Assembly (NCBI GenBank): GCA_041664165.1
Contig: JBAYLH010000001.1
Coordinates: 73,469-137,468, forward strand
DNA length: 64,000 nt
Direction of reading: 5' to 3'
Source of the DNA: Candidatus Buchananbacteria bacterium
GTDB lineage: Bacteria; Patescibacteriota; Patescibacteriia; Buchananbacterales; UBA6539
The notes under the pieces were generated by a model. It was not told where the DNA came from. It was given only the letters and a program-made list of their open reading frames with translations, and did not search any database. Both the position numbers and the translations under genes were made by a program. Shown here piece by piece: positions 37,298-47,154 of the stretch; the stretch's first letter is position 1; each line of letters starts with the position of its first letter.

Positions 37298-37326
37298 TTG
37301 ACAAAAAAATAAAAAACTTGTATTAT
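37298..37326 (+). promoter_or_regulatory. Sigma70 promoter of the islet
   Basis: TTGACA-17-TATTAT. Confidence 0.8.
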
Positions 37327-37566
37327 CTAATATCAGTTCTTTGATAATAAAATGGCTAATTTTACCGACTTAAGGCTTAATTCCTTGAATAGTTCAGGAA
37401 ACTAAGCCCTTAGCCGGTGAAATTGGTTTCATCGGAAATACTGAGGGTTTTTCTCTAAAAATCACGGCAGGAGAGGAGGAAATGGTAATAACGCCGCCTA
37501 TTTGAAGGTTTCAAAGAGAGAAAGACTGCGAGAGAGAGTGAGAGATTTAGAGAGAGGAGTACGGCT

Positions 37567-38439
37567 ATGTCGTACCAAAAGAAGCTCGAGAGAGCAGAAG
37601 CGATAGTCGCAGAACACAACGAAAGTGCCGGCGACGAAGGCAAAGTGGATTGGGAAAGTTTCCTGGCCAAGCTGAAAGGGACGGGCGGCACAACCGAGGC
37701 AACCTTAAACAGTTGCACCTGGGAAGACTTACAGGAATGCGGCCTGCCCAAGATGCTGGCGCGAGCGGTTGCCAAGGTTTTCCGCACTGAAGAAGGCGAG
37801 GGTAAGAAAACGCTGATCACGGTAAATAAGGCTCAAGCCATGCCCGTCGCGGAATTGGTCGAGCACTATGACCCGCGTGAGGCGGACAATCCCGTAGGCA
37901 AGCGGCTGGCCGAAATAACGAAAGACCAGCCCTGCATCGTCTTCAACGCGGACGGCACGGTCAACGTCGAAGCATCAACACAGCTCGTGAATGAGCTGCG
38001 GGACAATCTCCCAGCGAGGGAAACCTTCGTCGTTGATGGACGGCCCCAAAAGGTCTTTCGCATCGGCGAACGGCCGGATCAGGTGGCGGATGAAAACCCG
38101 CTTTGGCCGGGTCGAATGTTGCGACCGAACGGTGACTGCGACCAAACCAACCGGAGTTGGACTGGCGTTCCCGACGAAGTGCGTGCCTTGATCTACTTGG
38201 CGCGCACCGAGACGAACGAACTCAATTCCGTGGGTGTGATGGAAGCCAATGCGGTTTTGGATCTGGCAACCGGCGACAACGCCGCGGATAAGATTCGCCA
38301 GCACTTTCCTAAAGCGTCGGTCAAGTACGACGAGCTGAAAGCGATTGGCAACCTGCCATCGCTCAAGCTTGCCCGGACCGGTAGCAGCGGTAGTAGTGCA
38401 GCAAATCAGCCGTTTACCCACAGGAACCGGATATTCTAA
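37567..38439 (+). CDS. Hypothetical protein with SAM-like N-terminal motif
   Basis: 290 aa, SD gaggag; TWEDLQECGLPKMLARAV resembles SAM helices 4-5. Confidence 0.85.
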   Translation: MSYQKKLERAEAIVAEHNESAGDEGKVDWESFLAKLKGTGGTTEATLNSCTWEDLQECGLPKMLARAVAKVFRTEEGEGKKTLITVNKAQAMPVAELVEHYDPREADNPVGKRLAEITKDQPCIVFNADGTVNVEASTQLVNELRDNLPARETFVVDGRPQKVFRIGERPDQVADENPLWPGRMLRPNGDCDQTNRSWTGVPDEVRALIYLARTETNELNSVGVMEANAVLDLATGDNAADKIRQHFPKASVKYDELKAIGNLPSLKLARTGSSGSSAANQPFTHRNRIF

Positions 38440-38454
38440 GGGACGGCCACAACC

Positions 38455-38496
38455 GGCAGGGGGGGGACGAGTTTATTCTTCGTCCTCTCCCCTGCC
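38455..38496 (+). other. Strong intergenic hairpin without U tract
   Basis: ggcaggggggggacga / tcgtcctctcccctgcc. Confidence 0.7.
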
Positions 38497-38515
38497 AACT
38501 GAAAGGAGTTCTGCG

Positions 38516-39484
38516 ATGAACACAAACGACCCATTTACGGGGTTTAGTGGCAACCCCATAATGAGAATCAATGACTTGGCCTGTACGCTGAATATGCCGC
38601 GCCGACTACAACAACGATTCAGCGCGGATCAGCGGGAAGTTGCTCAAAGTTTGCCGGAACGCAATCGGCGAGCGGCTTTCGTAGTCGACGAATACCCGGC
38701 TTGTCCCGACAACTGGATGCGCGGTTCAGCCAAAGAAGCCAGCTACTTCGTGCCGGTTTTAGCCGATCACGGTCTGTGGCTAGATTTCAACGACAACAAA
38801 GATCACAGCCACCACGTGGCGGCAGTGATCTCGATTCAGGGAGTCAACGCCATCACCGGCCAGCCGACCAGCGACATGTACCTTGAGCAGTACCGAGACA
38901 ATTGCCCGGTACACCAGATTCCGTTCGGACACGAACGCTTCTGTGAGAAGTGCGGATACAAATGGGAAGCCCAGAACTATCTGGCCGGCAATGCTCAATC
39001 CAATGGCTACTTCTGGTTGGATGGCTTTCGGGCCAAGGACGGAGAGACCAGGCAGTTTTACTTCACCGAAGAGACACTCCGTGGAGTTGCGGCCCAAATC
39101 CTCGGCAGTGAGAGAGTTTTTGCCATCGGCATCGCCTTTTTCCTCAGCAAGGAACCAAAGCCGCAGCCAGTGGTAGCTGACGCCTACGGTTATTTAGGCG
39201 GCGGCGCGATGCGAGGCTTCCTTTCGTCCTTCAATGAAAGAACGTTGGGTATACCTGATTTCCAGGAACGGACTTTGGAAATTGCTGCCGGAGCCAAAAT
39301 CAATCAACGGATCCACCCTGATCCAGAGAGCCTGGATTTTTGGCAGCCTGAACCCGCCGGAGTAATCTACGTCAACTACGTGGATGCCGAAACCGGCTGG
39401 CAAATCGTTACTGCCGGTAAACGCGACCTCGAGGCTCAAGGCGAAGGGTTCATGAGTACTCTCAAGGTTGGCGTGCAAACCTAG
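38516..39484 (+). CDS. Hypothetical beta-rich protein with inserted zinc-ribbon-like motif
   Basis: Start moved to ATG 38516 after SD aaaggag (322 aa); CPVH...CEKC; WLDGF...RQF; AAGAKINQRIHPD. Confidence 0.85.
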   Translation: MNTNDPFTGFSGNPIMRINDLACTLNMPRRLQQRFSADQREVAQSLPERNRRAAFVVDEYPACPDNWMRGSAKEASYFVPVLADHGLWLDFNDNKDHSHHVAAVISIQGVNAITGQPTSDMYLEQYRDNCPVHQIPFGHERFCEKCGYKWEAQNYLAGNAQSNGYFWLDGFRAKDGETRQFYFTEETLRGVAAQILGSERVFAIGIAFFLSKEPKPQPVVADAYGYLGGGAMRGFLSSFNERTLGIPDFQERTLEIAAGAKINQRIHPDPESLDFWQPEPAGVIYVNYVDAETGWQIVTAGKRDLEAQGEGFMSTLKVGVQT

Positions 39485-39504
39485 TAGAACCATCAGTATT
39501 AAAT

Positions 39505-39546
39505 TAAAGGGGTGCTTTGGCATAAGCTAGCACCCCTGTTTTTTTT
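39505..39546 (+). terminator. Islet terminator
   Basis: aggggtgct ... agcacccct followed by a T tract. Confidence 0.85.
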
Positions 39547-39620
39547 AAACAATAAGAAAACAAATCCCCGCCTAGAAGGATTTGTCTCTTTGTTAATTAA
39601 TTCTTATCCTAAAACTAGGA

Positions 39621-41960
39621 TTAGCCGCATTTAGAAAAACCGCAAGACCGGCACTTGAGACAGCCTTCCGCAATCTCTAGGATATTGCCACATTCCGGGC
39701 ATTCCGGCGCTTCGCCGTAATCAGCAATGGTGCGCTTAATATTCAAGCCGTTGCCATTTTTGGCGGCTGGCACCGCTTTATTCATTGAATCTTTGGAAAC
39801 ATGGCTGCCGTTATGAAATTCCAAGCCTAAGGCCGGCTGGTTTTGCGTGATATGGCGTTCTAAAATCTGGGCAATCGCGTCAGGCAGCGATAAAATCATG
39901 CCGCCTTCGCTCCACGACGGCATCGGCCCGCGAATGCCTTTGATTTGTTTGATAACCTCTTCCGGCGGAATTCCGGCCCGCAAAGCCAAAGAAATTAAGC
40001 GGCAGACCGCTTCCGATTTGGCCGAGAAAAATCCGCCCGCTTTACCGATGGTGGCAAAAACCTCAAACGGCCGACCGGTTTCATCGTCATTAATCGTAAC
40101 GTATAAATCGCCGTAAGAAGTATTGATCTTATAAGTCGTGCCTCGCATCGCCATTGGCCGTTCCCGCTTATAAAAAGGCTTGGCCGCGGCTTCTTCTTTG
40201 GGCTTGGCCGCGGTGCCGGCGGTTAAAACTTGAACGTCGCGGCTGCCGTCGCGATAAATCGTTATCCCCTTGCAGCCGGTTTCATAAGCCAAAAGGTAAG
40301 CCTTGGCAATATCTTCCACCGTCGCGCTGTGCGGAAAATTAATGGTTTTCGAAACCGCGTTATCGATATATTTTTGAAAAATACTCTGCATCCGGATATG
40401 CCATTCCGGGCTGATATCATGAGCCGTCACAAAAATTCTTTTGACTTCGTCGGGCACTTCGGAAAATTCATTGATCGAACCGGCTTTAGAAATTTTTTCC
40501 ATCAATTCTTTGGAATAAAAACCCCTTTCTTTGGCAATAGCTTCAAAATAAGGATTAACTTCCATTAATTCAACCCAGTCGTCACCTTTGCGGCCGATAT
40601 GAGACTTGCGGATATAGGCTAGGGCAAAAAGCGGCTCGATGCCGGAAGAACAAGAAGCAATAATGCTTAAAGTGCCGGTTGGCGCAATGGTCGTCCGGGT
40701 CGCGTTTCTAATTCCCTGGCTTTCCGGCGTATCGTAAATACTGCCTTCAAAATTGGGAAAAACGCCTTTTTCTTTGGCTAAAGCAATGGAAGTAACGTCA
40801 GCGGTGTCTTTGATAAATTTCATCACTTTTTCCGCCAAATTGATCGCTTCGGAAGAATTGTAAGCAATACCCAAATCAACCAGCAGGTCGGCCCAGCCCA
40901 TCACGCCCAGCCCGATTTTGCGGTTGCTGCGAGTCATGTCGGCAATCTCTTTGATCGGGTACTGATTCATGTCGATGACATCATCGAGGAACCGAACAGC
41001 GGTTTTAACCACTTCGCCGAGCCTCTCCCAGTCAATTTTTCCTTCGTTAATGAATTTGGCCAGATTAATCGAGCCTAAATTGCAGGATTCATACGGTAAC
41101 AGCGGCTGTTCACCGCAAGGATTGGTGCTTTCAATGGCGCCGACATGAGGCGTTGGATTAAGCTTGTTAATCGAATCAATAAAAACCACGCCGGGATCGC
41201 CATTTTTCCAGGCATGGTTGACGATTTTATCCCAAACTTCCTTAGCTTTCAATTTTTTCGCCACCTGGCCGTCATGCGGATTAATCAATTCATATTCATC
41301 GTCTTTATCCAAAGCCTGCATGAATTTATCAGTGATGGCCACGGACAAATTGAAATTATTAAGCTTATCGCTTTGCTCTTTGGCGGAAATAAAAGCTAAA
41401 ATATCGGGATGATCAACCCGTAAAATTCCCATGTTGGCCCCGCGGCGAGTTCCGCCCTGCTTAATCGTTTCCGTGGCGGCGTCAAAAACCGTCATGAAAG
41501 AAATCGGACCGGAAGCTAAGCCGCTGGTTGACCGCACCGGGTCTTTCGCCGGCCGGAGCCGGGAAAAAGAAAAACCCGTGCCGCCGCCGGATTTATGAAT
41601 CAAAGCCGTATTTTTAATCGCGCCGAAAATTCCTTCCATTGAGTCGTCAACCGGCAAAACAAAGCAGGCGGAAAGCTGGCCGAGTTTGGTGCCGGCGCCG
41701 GAAAACGTCGGGCTGTTGGGCAAAAACTCCAAATTTACCATGATTTCCAAAAAAGCCCGCTCTAATTCCTCTTTTTTCTCTTTAGAAACGCTAGTGTATT
41801 TATCCTCAGCTTTAATAATGTAACCGGAAACCCGCTTGAACATCTCCATCGGCTTTTCCACCACCTTGCCTTCGTCATCTTTCAAAAGATAACGGCTTTC
41901 CAGCACTTTTAAAGCATTTTTAGTTAATTTTAATTTTGGTTCACCAATGCCTAAAATCAT
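39621..41960 (-). CDS. nrdJ: Adenosylcobalamin-dependent ribonucleotide reductase (class II) with C-terminal TSCPD/Zn-ribbon
   Basis: [36 protein letters not shown]; no ATP cone evident. Confidence 0.95.
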   Translation of the reverse strand: MILGIGEPKLKLTKNALKVLESRYLLKDDEGKVVEKPMEMFKRVSGYIIKAEDKYTSVSKEKKEELERAFLEIMVNLEFLPNSPTFSGAGTKLGQLSACFVLPVDDSMEGIFGAIKNTALIHKSGGGTGFSFSRLRPAKDPVRSTSGLASGPISFMTVFDAATETIKQGGTRRGANMGILRVDHPDILAFISAKEQSDKLNNFNLSVAITDKFMQALDKDDEYELINPHDGQVAKKLKAKEVWDKIVNHAWKNGDPGVVFIDSINKLNPTPHVGAIESTNPCGEQPLLPYESCNLGSINLAKFINEGKIDWERLGEVVKTAVRFLDDVIDMNQYPIKEIADMTRSNRKIGLGVMGWADLLVDLGIAYNSSEAINLAEKVMKFIKDTADVTSIALAKEKGVFPNFEGSIYDTPESQGIRNATRTTIAPTGTLSIIASCSSGIEPLFALAYIRKSHIGRKGDDWVELMEVNPYFEAIAKERGFYSKELMEKISKAGSINEFSEVPDEVKRIFVTAHDISPEWHIRMQSIFQKYIDNAVSKTINFPHSATVEDIAKAYLLAYETGCKGITIYRDGSRDVQVLTAGTAAKPKEEAAAKPFYKRERPMAMRGTTYKINTSYGDLYVTINDDETGRPFEVFATIGKAGGFFSAKSEAVCRLISLALRAGIPPEEVIKQIKGIRGPMPSWSEGGMILSLPDAIAQILERHITQNQPALGLEFHNGSHVSKDSMNKAVPAAKNGNGLNIKRTIADYGEAPECPECGNILEIAEGCLKCRSCGFSKCG

Positions 41961-42172
41961 AAAAATTCAATATTTTAACCGCTTTTTAAGCGAACAAAAA
42001 ATAAGACATAGTCTTGCCTTATTTAAAATTTTAAAACCAGCCGCCTCTTTTTATTTTTTCCGCTTTTATTTTTTCCGCCGGTAGGCGGGCTTTTTATTTG
42101 GCTTTTATATTTTACTTTTAAATTTTATTTTTGTCTAATTTCTTGCCTTGACTCCTCTATTTCGGCCGCTAT

Positions 42173-42319
42173 TTCATCTTTTTCCGAATGAAGGCGGGCC
42201 TGCCCCGCCGAAATCCACTAAACTTCACTTACTTCATCTTTTTCCGAATGAAGGCGGGCTTACCGCGCCGAAATCCACTAAAACTTCAATTACTTCATCT
42301 TTTTCCGAATGAAGGCGGG
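42173..42319. repeat. Three copies of a 26-bp sequence (ftsZ 3' end) at 60/61-bp period
   Basis: ttcatctttttccgaatgaaggcggg at 42173, 42233 and 42294. Confidence 0.95.
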
Positions 42320-43456
42320 AATTTCCAATTCCTCTTCTTCCGCGGATTTTTCCGGCTCTTTGACAAAAAGCTTTCGAACCGGTTTTTTCGAAATTCGGGC
42401 AACATCGCTTAGCTCTTCTTTCTGAGTCTGAGTTTCGATAAAGTCGCTGGGAACATAGGCTGACTCGCGGTTTCTCACGACATCAGAAGCCACTTTATTT
42501 TCCCGCTCCGAAAAGCCGGTCGCAATCACGGTAATTTTAACCTCATCTTTCATCTCATCATCAATCACTGCTCCAAAAATTATTTTAGCGCCGGAATCGG
42601 CGGATTGGGTAATGATTTTGGCGGCTTCGTTGACTTCATGCATCCCTAAAGACGGTCCGCCGACAATGGTAAACAAAATTCCCTTGGCTCCGTCGATAGA
42701 AAGCTCAAGCAAGGGGCTAGAAATCGCCTGTTTGGCCGCCTGGGTCGCCCGGTTATCGCCGCTGCCTTGGCCAATACCCATCAAAGCCGAACCGGTTTCT
42801 TTCATAATCGCCTTAACATCGGCAAAATCAACATTAATCAAGCCGGGAACCGTAATAATTTCAGCAATCCCCTGGACTCCCTGGCGTAAAACGTCATCAC
42901 AAATTTTAAAAGCTTCCAAAAGCGAAGTTTTTTTATCAATAATTTGCAGCAGCCGGTCGTTAGGAATAGTAATAATCGCATCGACTTTATCTTTAAGTTC
43001 GCGCAAACCGGCTTCGGCAATTTCCCGGCGCTGAGCGCCTTCAAAAGTAAAAGGCTTGGTCACGACCGCCACGGTTAGCGCGCCCATTTCTTTGCCCAGC
43101 TGAGCGACAATCGGCGCGGCGCCAGTCCCGGTTCCGCCGCCTAAGCCGCAAGTAACAAAAACCATGTCAGCGCCTTTAATCAAATCCCTGATTTCATTTT
43201 GATTTTCTTCGGCGGATTTGGCGCCGACTTCCGGATCCATACCTGCGCCTAAGCCGCGGGTGGTCGTTTTGCCAATATGCAATTTAGTGTTGGCCTGAGA
43301 ATGATGCAAGGCCTGAACGTCAGTATTAATGGCTAGAAAATCAACGCCCTTAATTTTTGAGCGGACCATCCGATTAATCGCCGAGCCGCCGGAGCCGCCA
43401 ACGCCAACCACTTTAATTTTAGCAAAAGTTTCTATTTCTGGTTTAATTTCGGCCAT
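42290..43456 (-). CDS. ftsZ: Cell division protein FtsZ
   Basis: [17 protein letters not shown]-terminal [10 protein letters not shown]. Confidence 0.99.
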   Translation of the reverse strand: MAEIKPEIETFAKIKVVGVGGSGGSAINRMVRSKIKGVDFLAINTDVQALHHSQANTKLHIGKTTTRGLGAGMDPEVGAKSAEENQNEIRDLIKGADMVFVTCGLGGGTGTGAAPIVAQLGKEMGALTVAVVTKPFTFEGAQRREIAEAGLRELKDKVDAIITIPNDRLLQIIDKKTSLLEAFKICDDVLRQGVQGIAEIITVPGLINVDFADVKAIMKETGSALMGIGQGSGDNRATQAAKQAISSPLLELSIDGAKGILFTIVGGPSLGMHEVNEAAKIITQSADSGAKIIFGAVIDDEMKDEVKITVIATGFSERENKVASDVVRNRESAYVPSDFIETQTQKEELSDVARISKKPVRKLFVKEPEKSAEEEELEIPAFIRKKMK

Positions 43457-43459
43457 AGA

Positions 43460-44713
43460 TTAAGGAATTATCTTTTTAAACCACTTCTTAGTTTGTTTAG
43501 TAACGCCTTTAAAATTAGAAAAATAATTTAATAGTTTGCCAAAGCCTTTCTTTCCCCGGCTGCTTTGGAGCTGGCTGCCCCAAATGACCAAGCCAATGGC
43601 CGTCGAAAAAGACGGATCATTAACTTTATCAATCGCACTGGTGATATTCAACGGCCGGCCGATGCTGGCTGGCAGCCGCAATTTGCTTTTGGCGGCTTCG
43701 GTTAAATTATTGAGCTTGGCGCCGCCGCCGGTTAGGACTACGCCTGCGGGTAGCTTACCACTTTTATCAACCTTTTTCAATTCAGCATCGATCTTTTCAA
43801 AAATTTCTTCCACCCGGGCTTCCGTGATTTCGGCGACATATTTCCGGGAGACAAAATTGCTCTCCGAGCCTTCCAATTCGCCGATATCAATTTCGTCTTT
43901 TTTGCCGATATTTTGGGAAAAAGCCGTGCCGTATTCCAATTTTATTTTTTCCGCCGTGTCGATAGGAATTCTTAAACCAATAGCGATGTCTGACGTAATA
44001 TGGTCGGAACCGACCGGCAAAACTGCCGTGTGTAAAATATCTCCTTCTTCAAAAACCGCCAGGCTGGTGGTTGAACCGCCGATATTAATCACCGCAACGC
44101 CGAGCTCTTTTTGCCGGTTAGTTACCACGGCTTCTGACGTGGCTAAAACCGATAAAACCAAATCTTCAATATTGACGCTGGTGCGGTAAATCGCTTTGGT
44201 TAAATTTTTAATCTGGGAACTTAAGCCCTGAATAATCTGGGTATCGACTTCCAGTCTGACGCCGGTCATCCCTAGCGGATCTTTAATGCCGATTTGCCCG
44301 TCAACGGTAAAACTTTTTGGAATAACGTGTAAAATTTCATAATTAGGCGGCGTGGCCACGGTTCGGGCAGCTTCAATTGAACGCTCAATGTCATCTTCGG
44401 AAATTTCTCCGTCCGAGCGGGCAACGGCAATCACGCCCCGGCTTTCCTGAGAAATGATATGACTGCCGGAAATTCCGACCCAGGCATTTTGAACCGGAAC
44501 GCCGACCATTCTTTCGGCTTTTTCCAGACAGGCTGAAATCGAAGAAACCGCATCTTCAATGCTGCTGATGATGCCTTTGCTAATGCCGTCGGCCGGCACT
44601 TCGGCCGCGGCGATAATATGGATTTTTTCCAAATCGCCGACGCTTTGGCCGACAGCCAGCCGAATCGTATTTGAGCCGATATCTAAACCGGTGATTAATT
44701 CTTGTTCTGCCAT
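43460..44713 (-). CDS. ftsA: Cell division protein FtsA
   Basis: GLDIGS, NIGGSTT, VLTGGGA, C-terminal amphipathic helix. Confidence 0.97.
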   Translation of the reverse strand: MAEQELITGLDIGSNTIRLAVGQSVGDLEKIHIIAAAEVPADGISKGIISSIEDAVSSISACLEKAERMVGVPVQNAWVGISGSHIISQESRGVIAVARSDGEISEDDIERSIEAARTVATPPNYEILHVIPKSFTVDGQIGIKDPLGMTGVRLEVDTQIIQGLSSQIKNLTKAIYRTSVNIEDLVLSVLATSEAVVTNRQKELGVAVINIGGSTTSLAVFEEGDILHTAVLPVGSDHITSDIAIGLRIPIDTAEKIKLEYGTAFSQNIGKKDEIDIGELEGSESNFVSRKYVAEITEARVEEIFEKIDAELKKVDKSGKLPAGVVLTGGGAKLNNLTEAAKSKLRLPASIGRPLNITSAIDKVNDPSFSTAIGLVIWGSQLQSSRGKKGFGKLLNYFSNFKGVTKQTKKWFKKIIP

Positions 44714-44849
44714 AAAGTTAGCTTGTAGTTTTTAGTTATTAGCTATTAGTTTACAGGAGGATAAACTCCCTAGTAAAACTATTCACTAAACTATTACTTA
44801 CTAAATATTTTAACATAAAAGCGGCAAACCGACAACCACCTCGATCAAG

Positions 44850-44975
44850 TCCTAAATTCTAATACCTAAATCCTAAACAAATTCTAAATCATAAATTCCA
44901 ATTTTCCAAACGGTTTAGGATTTGTGATTTTGGAAATTGTAATTTGTTTATGATTTAGGATTTAATGCTTAGGAT
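44850..44975. repeat. Degenerate heptamer inverted-repeat tract
   Basis: tcctaaa/ttctaaa units versus tttagga/tttgtga units. Confidence 0.6.
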
Positions 44976-45395
44976 TTTACTCTCCAGCTGCCTCATTACC
45001 TCACTTTCCTTGGGCTTTTCGTGATTATAGCCCAAAAGGTGCAAAAAACCATGGGTGACCAAAAGTTGCAGCTCCTTTTCCAAAGCCTGGCCGGCTTGCC
45101 GCGCCTGAATTTGAGCCTGAGGCAGGCAAATAATGATTTCCCCTAAATAGCTGTCATCGCCGAAATTAAATTTGTCGCGGCTGTCTTTTTCGCCGAAACT
45201 CAAGACGTCGGTAACTTTATTAATTTTGCGGTAAATCAAATTAAGCTTTTTCATTTCTGACCGGCCGACTAAGCCGACGGAAAGCTCCAGCCGTTTTTTG
45301 ATTTTTAAAGATTTCTCAATTTTTTTAAACCACTGCCGCCAGAAGCAATTTTTAATCCCCTTGCCGATTTTCTGATTGACCAAAAAATTAATCAT
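44955..45395 (-). CDS. ybeY: rRNA maturation endoribonuclease YbeY
   Basis: TDVLSF, LGEIII, HGFLHLLGYNH. Confidence 0.95.
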   Translation of the reverse strand: MINFLVNQKIGKGIKNCFWRQWFKKIEKSLKIKKRLELSVGLVGRSEMKKLNLIYRKINKVTDVLSFGEKDSRDKFNFGDDSYLGEIIICLPQAQIQARQAGQALEKELQLLVTHGFLHLLGYNHEKPKESEVMRQLESKILSIKS

Positions 45396-45398
45396 CGC

Positions 45399-46373
45399 TT
45401 AAGGCGTTAATCTAAAACTTTTTACCATAATCTGAAAAGTCGTAAAGAAATTTGTCTCCGTAAAGCTGCCGGTATTATAAGTCAGGATGTAAACTCGGCT
45501 ATTATCGCCGTCTTTCATCAGATAATAACTCAAATTATCGGGGCTGCGCAAGCCTGAAGCATCATTAACCCTGATGTTAGTAACAGTAGCCGGATCAATT
45601 TCCGGAAATTGCTTTTTATACCAATCAATTGAGGCGAGATTTTCTGAATTAGAAATGACTAAAACTTCAATGAACTCCCCGGTAGCCGACACAAATAAAA
45701 CTTCGCTTTTTTGAGGGTCTTGCTCCCGAACCGTCCAGTTTACCGGATAAACAATTGAGTAAAACTGGTGGCTGTAAGCCGAAAATAAATTTGAGGCGGC
45801 TAAGCTGCCGGCAATTTTAGTCGGATCGTAGCCATTCAAAAGTTCCGAACCGTCGGCATAACCGTCGCCGTCAGTATCCGCGACGGCCGAATTGGTACCA
45901 TATAAGCTTTCTTCAGCGGCGGTTAAACCGTCGTTGTCGCTATCCAAAGCGGTCGGCAGCGGCTGAGGCCGGGAATAATTGGTATTAAGATTGGCGTTAC
46001 TGTTCAAATTGGCAGTAGTGCTGGGGGTTTCGTTAGTATTAGCATTGGCTGCCTCATTGGTATTCAGGTTGGCGTTACTGTTTAAATTTTCGTTAAGGGG
46101 CGGATTATTGGTGTTGCTATTGGCGTTTTGATTTTCTGAGTTGGCATTAACCATCGGCTGGAGCCGGTTTTTCTTCAAATTTTCATTTAGATAAAAAGCC
46201 GCGACGGCCAAACCGCCAATGACTAAAATGCCGATAATGATAATGATGATTAAGCCGGAGTTTTTCTTTTTCGGCGCCACATAAAACCGTTCCGGCATGA
46301 CGTGAATCTGTTTGATTAATTCAGGATCGGCGGTAAAATTTTTATTTAATTTTTGTTTTTTTTCTTTAAACAT
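45399..46373 (-). CDS. Membrane-anchored protein with Asn-rich linker and Ca-binding DxDxDG repeats
   Basis: TM segment, NxN repeats, DSDNDGL/DTDGDGY. Confidence 0.85.
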   Translation of the reverse strand: MFKEKKQKLNKNFTADPELIKQIHVMPERFYVAPKKKNSGLIIIIIIGILVIGGLAVAAFYLNENLKKNRLQPMVNANSENQNANSNTNNPPLNENLNSNANLNTNEAANANTNETPSTTANLNSNANLNTNYSRPQPLPTALDSDNDGLTAAEESLYGTNSAVADTDGDGYADGSELLNGYDPTKIAGSLAASNLFSAYSHQFYSIVYPVNWTVREQDPQKSEVLFVSATGEFIEVLVISNSENLASIDWYKKQFPEIDPATVTNIRVNDASGLRSPDNLSYYLMKDGDNSRVYILTYNTGSFTETNFFTTFQIMVKSFRLTP

Positions 46374-46420
46374 AAAAACCGGTTGCTTTAGTCAATTGCG
46401 CCTAATTAGTTTAGCACCAA

Positions 46421-47134
46421 TTACGGAACTTTCAAAAATTTACCCGGACCTTTGGGATCATAGCCGTTCCTCACTTCATCGCCGTCTTTAAAGCCATCGC
46501 CGTCAGTGTCGGGATTATTCGGGTCAGTTTCAAAAACTTTGACTTCATCCCGGTCGGTTAAGCCGTCTTTATCCGTATCAACTTCATTGGGGTTGGTGCC
46601 ATACATTCTTTCTTCTTCGTCGGTCAGACCGTCATAATCAGAATCCACGGCCGCAACTGGCTGATTGATATCGGTTCCGGAATTGCCACTAGCTGGCTGG
46701 TTAGTATTAACTGGATTGCTATTTCCCGCCGGCTGATTTTGATTGCCCGCGGTTTGGCCGGACGGCGTTGCCGCTTTCGGCTGAGTCATTAATTTATAGC
46801 CATAAAACCCGGCCGCGCTAACCGCGCCGCCAATCAGCAAAACCAGCAAAACTAAAACAATAACTTTTTTATACTGCTTGAAAAACGGCTCTTTACTAAC
46901 AGCTTTGGCGGCCGGTTTAATCGCCGGCGGGACTGGAATTTGCGCGCCTAAAACCGGCGCCGCTTTTGGCTCGGCCGGACCCCGGAAAGCCGGTTCGATT
47001 TTTTCCAAATCAGCTAAAATATCTTCGGGTTCGCTTGGCTTTAACGGCACTGGATCGTTAATCGGCGAAACCGGACTGCCCGTTGGCAAATTTTGCGGCG
47101 GTAATCCCGCGTTAGCTGGTTTTTGATCAAACAT
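46421..47134 (-). CDS. Membrane-anchored protein with bacterial TSP3-like Ca-binding repeats
   Basis: Pro-rich N-terminus, TM segment, DSDYDGL/DTDKDGL/DTDGDGF. Confidence 0.87.
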   Translation of the reverse strand: MFDQKPANAGLPPQNLPTGSPVSPINDPVPLKPSEPEDILADLEKIEPAFRGPAEPKAAPVLGAQIPVPPAIKPAAKAVSKEPFFKQYKKVIVLVLLVLLIGGAVSAAGFYGYKLMTQPKAATPSGQTAGNQNQPAGNSNPVNTNQPASGNSGTDINQPVAAVDSDYDGLTDEEERMYGTNPNEVDTDKDGLTDRDEVKVFETDPNNPDTDGDGFKDGDEVRNGYDPKGPGKFLKVP

Positions 47135-47154
47135 AGATTTCTAAATTATTTTAA

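Larger units (their letters stand above)
37186..39574. mobile_element. Two-gene genomic islet bounded by 23-bp direct repeats
   Basis: ataagaaaacaaatccccgccta at 37186-37208 and 39552-39574; cargo visibly GC-richer and opposite in strand to neighbours; no recombinase. Confidence 0.75.

Noticed and set aside
38345-38515. N-terminal extension of islet ORF2 given in the ORF track
   Set aside because: Overlaps ORF1 and a strong hairpin; a good SD precedes ATG 38516
42000-42020. NrdR box upstream of nrdJ
   Set aside because: aagacatagtctt is palindromic but matches the NrdR consensus poorly and no tandem second box is evident
42173-42319. CRISPR mini-array (26-bp repeats, 34-35-bp spacers)
   Set aside because: The two spacers are near-identical, the repeat is ftsZ coding sequence, and no cas genes are in the window
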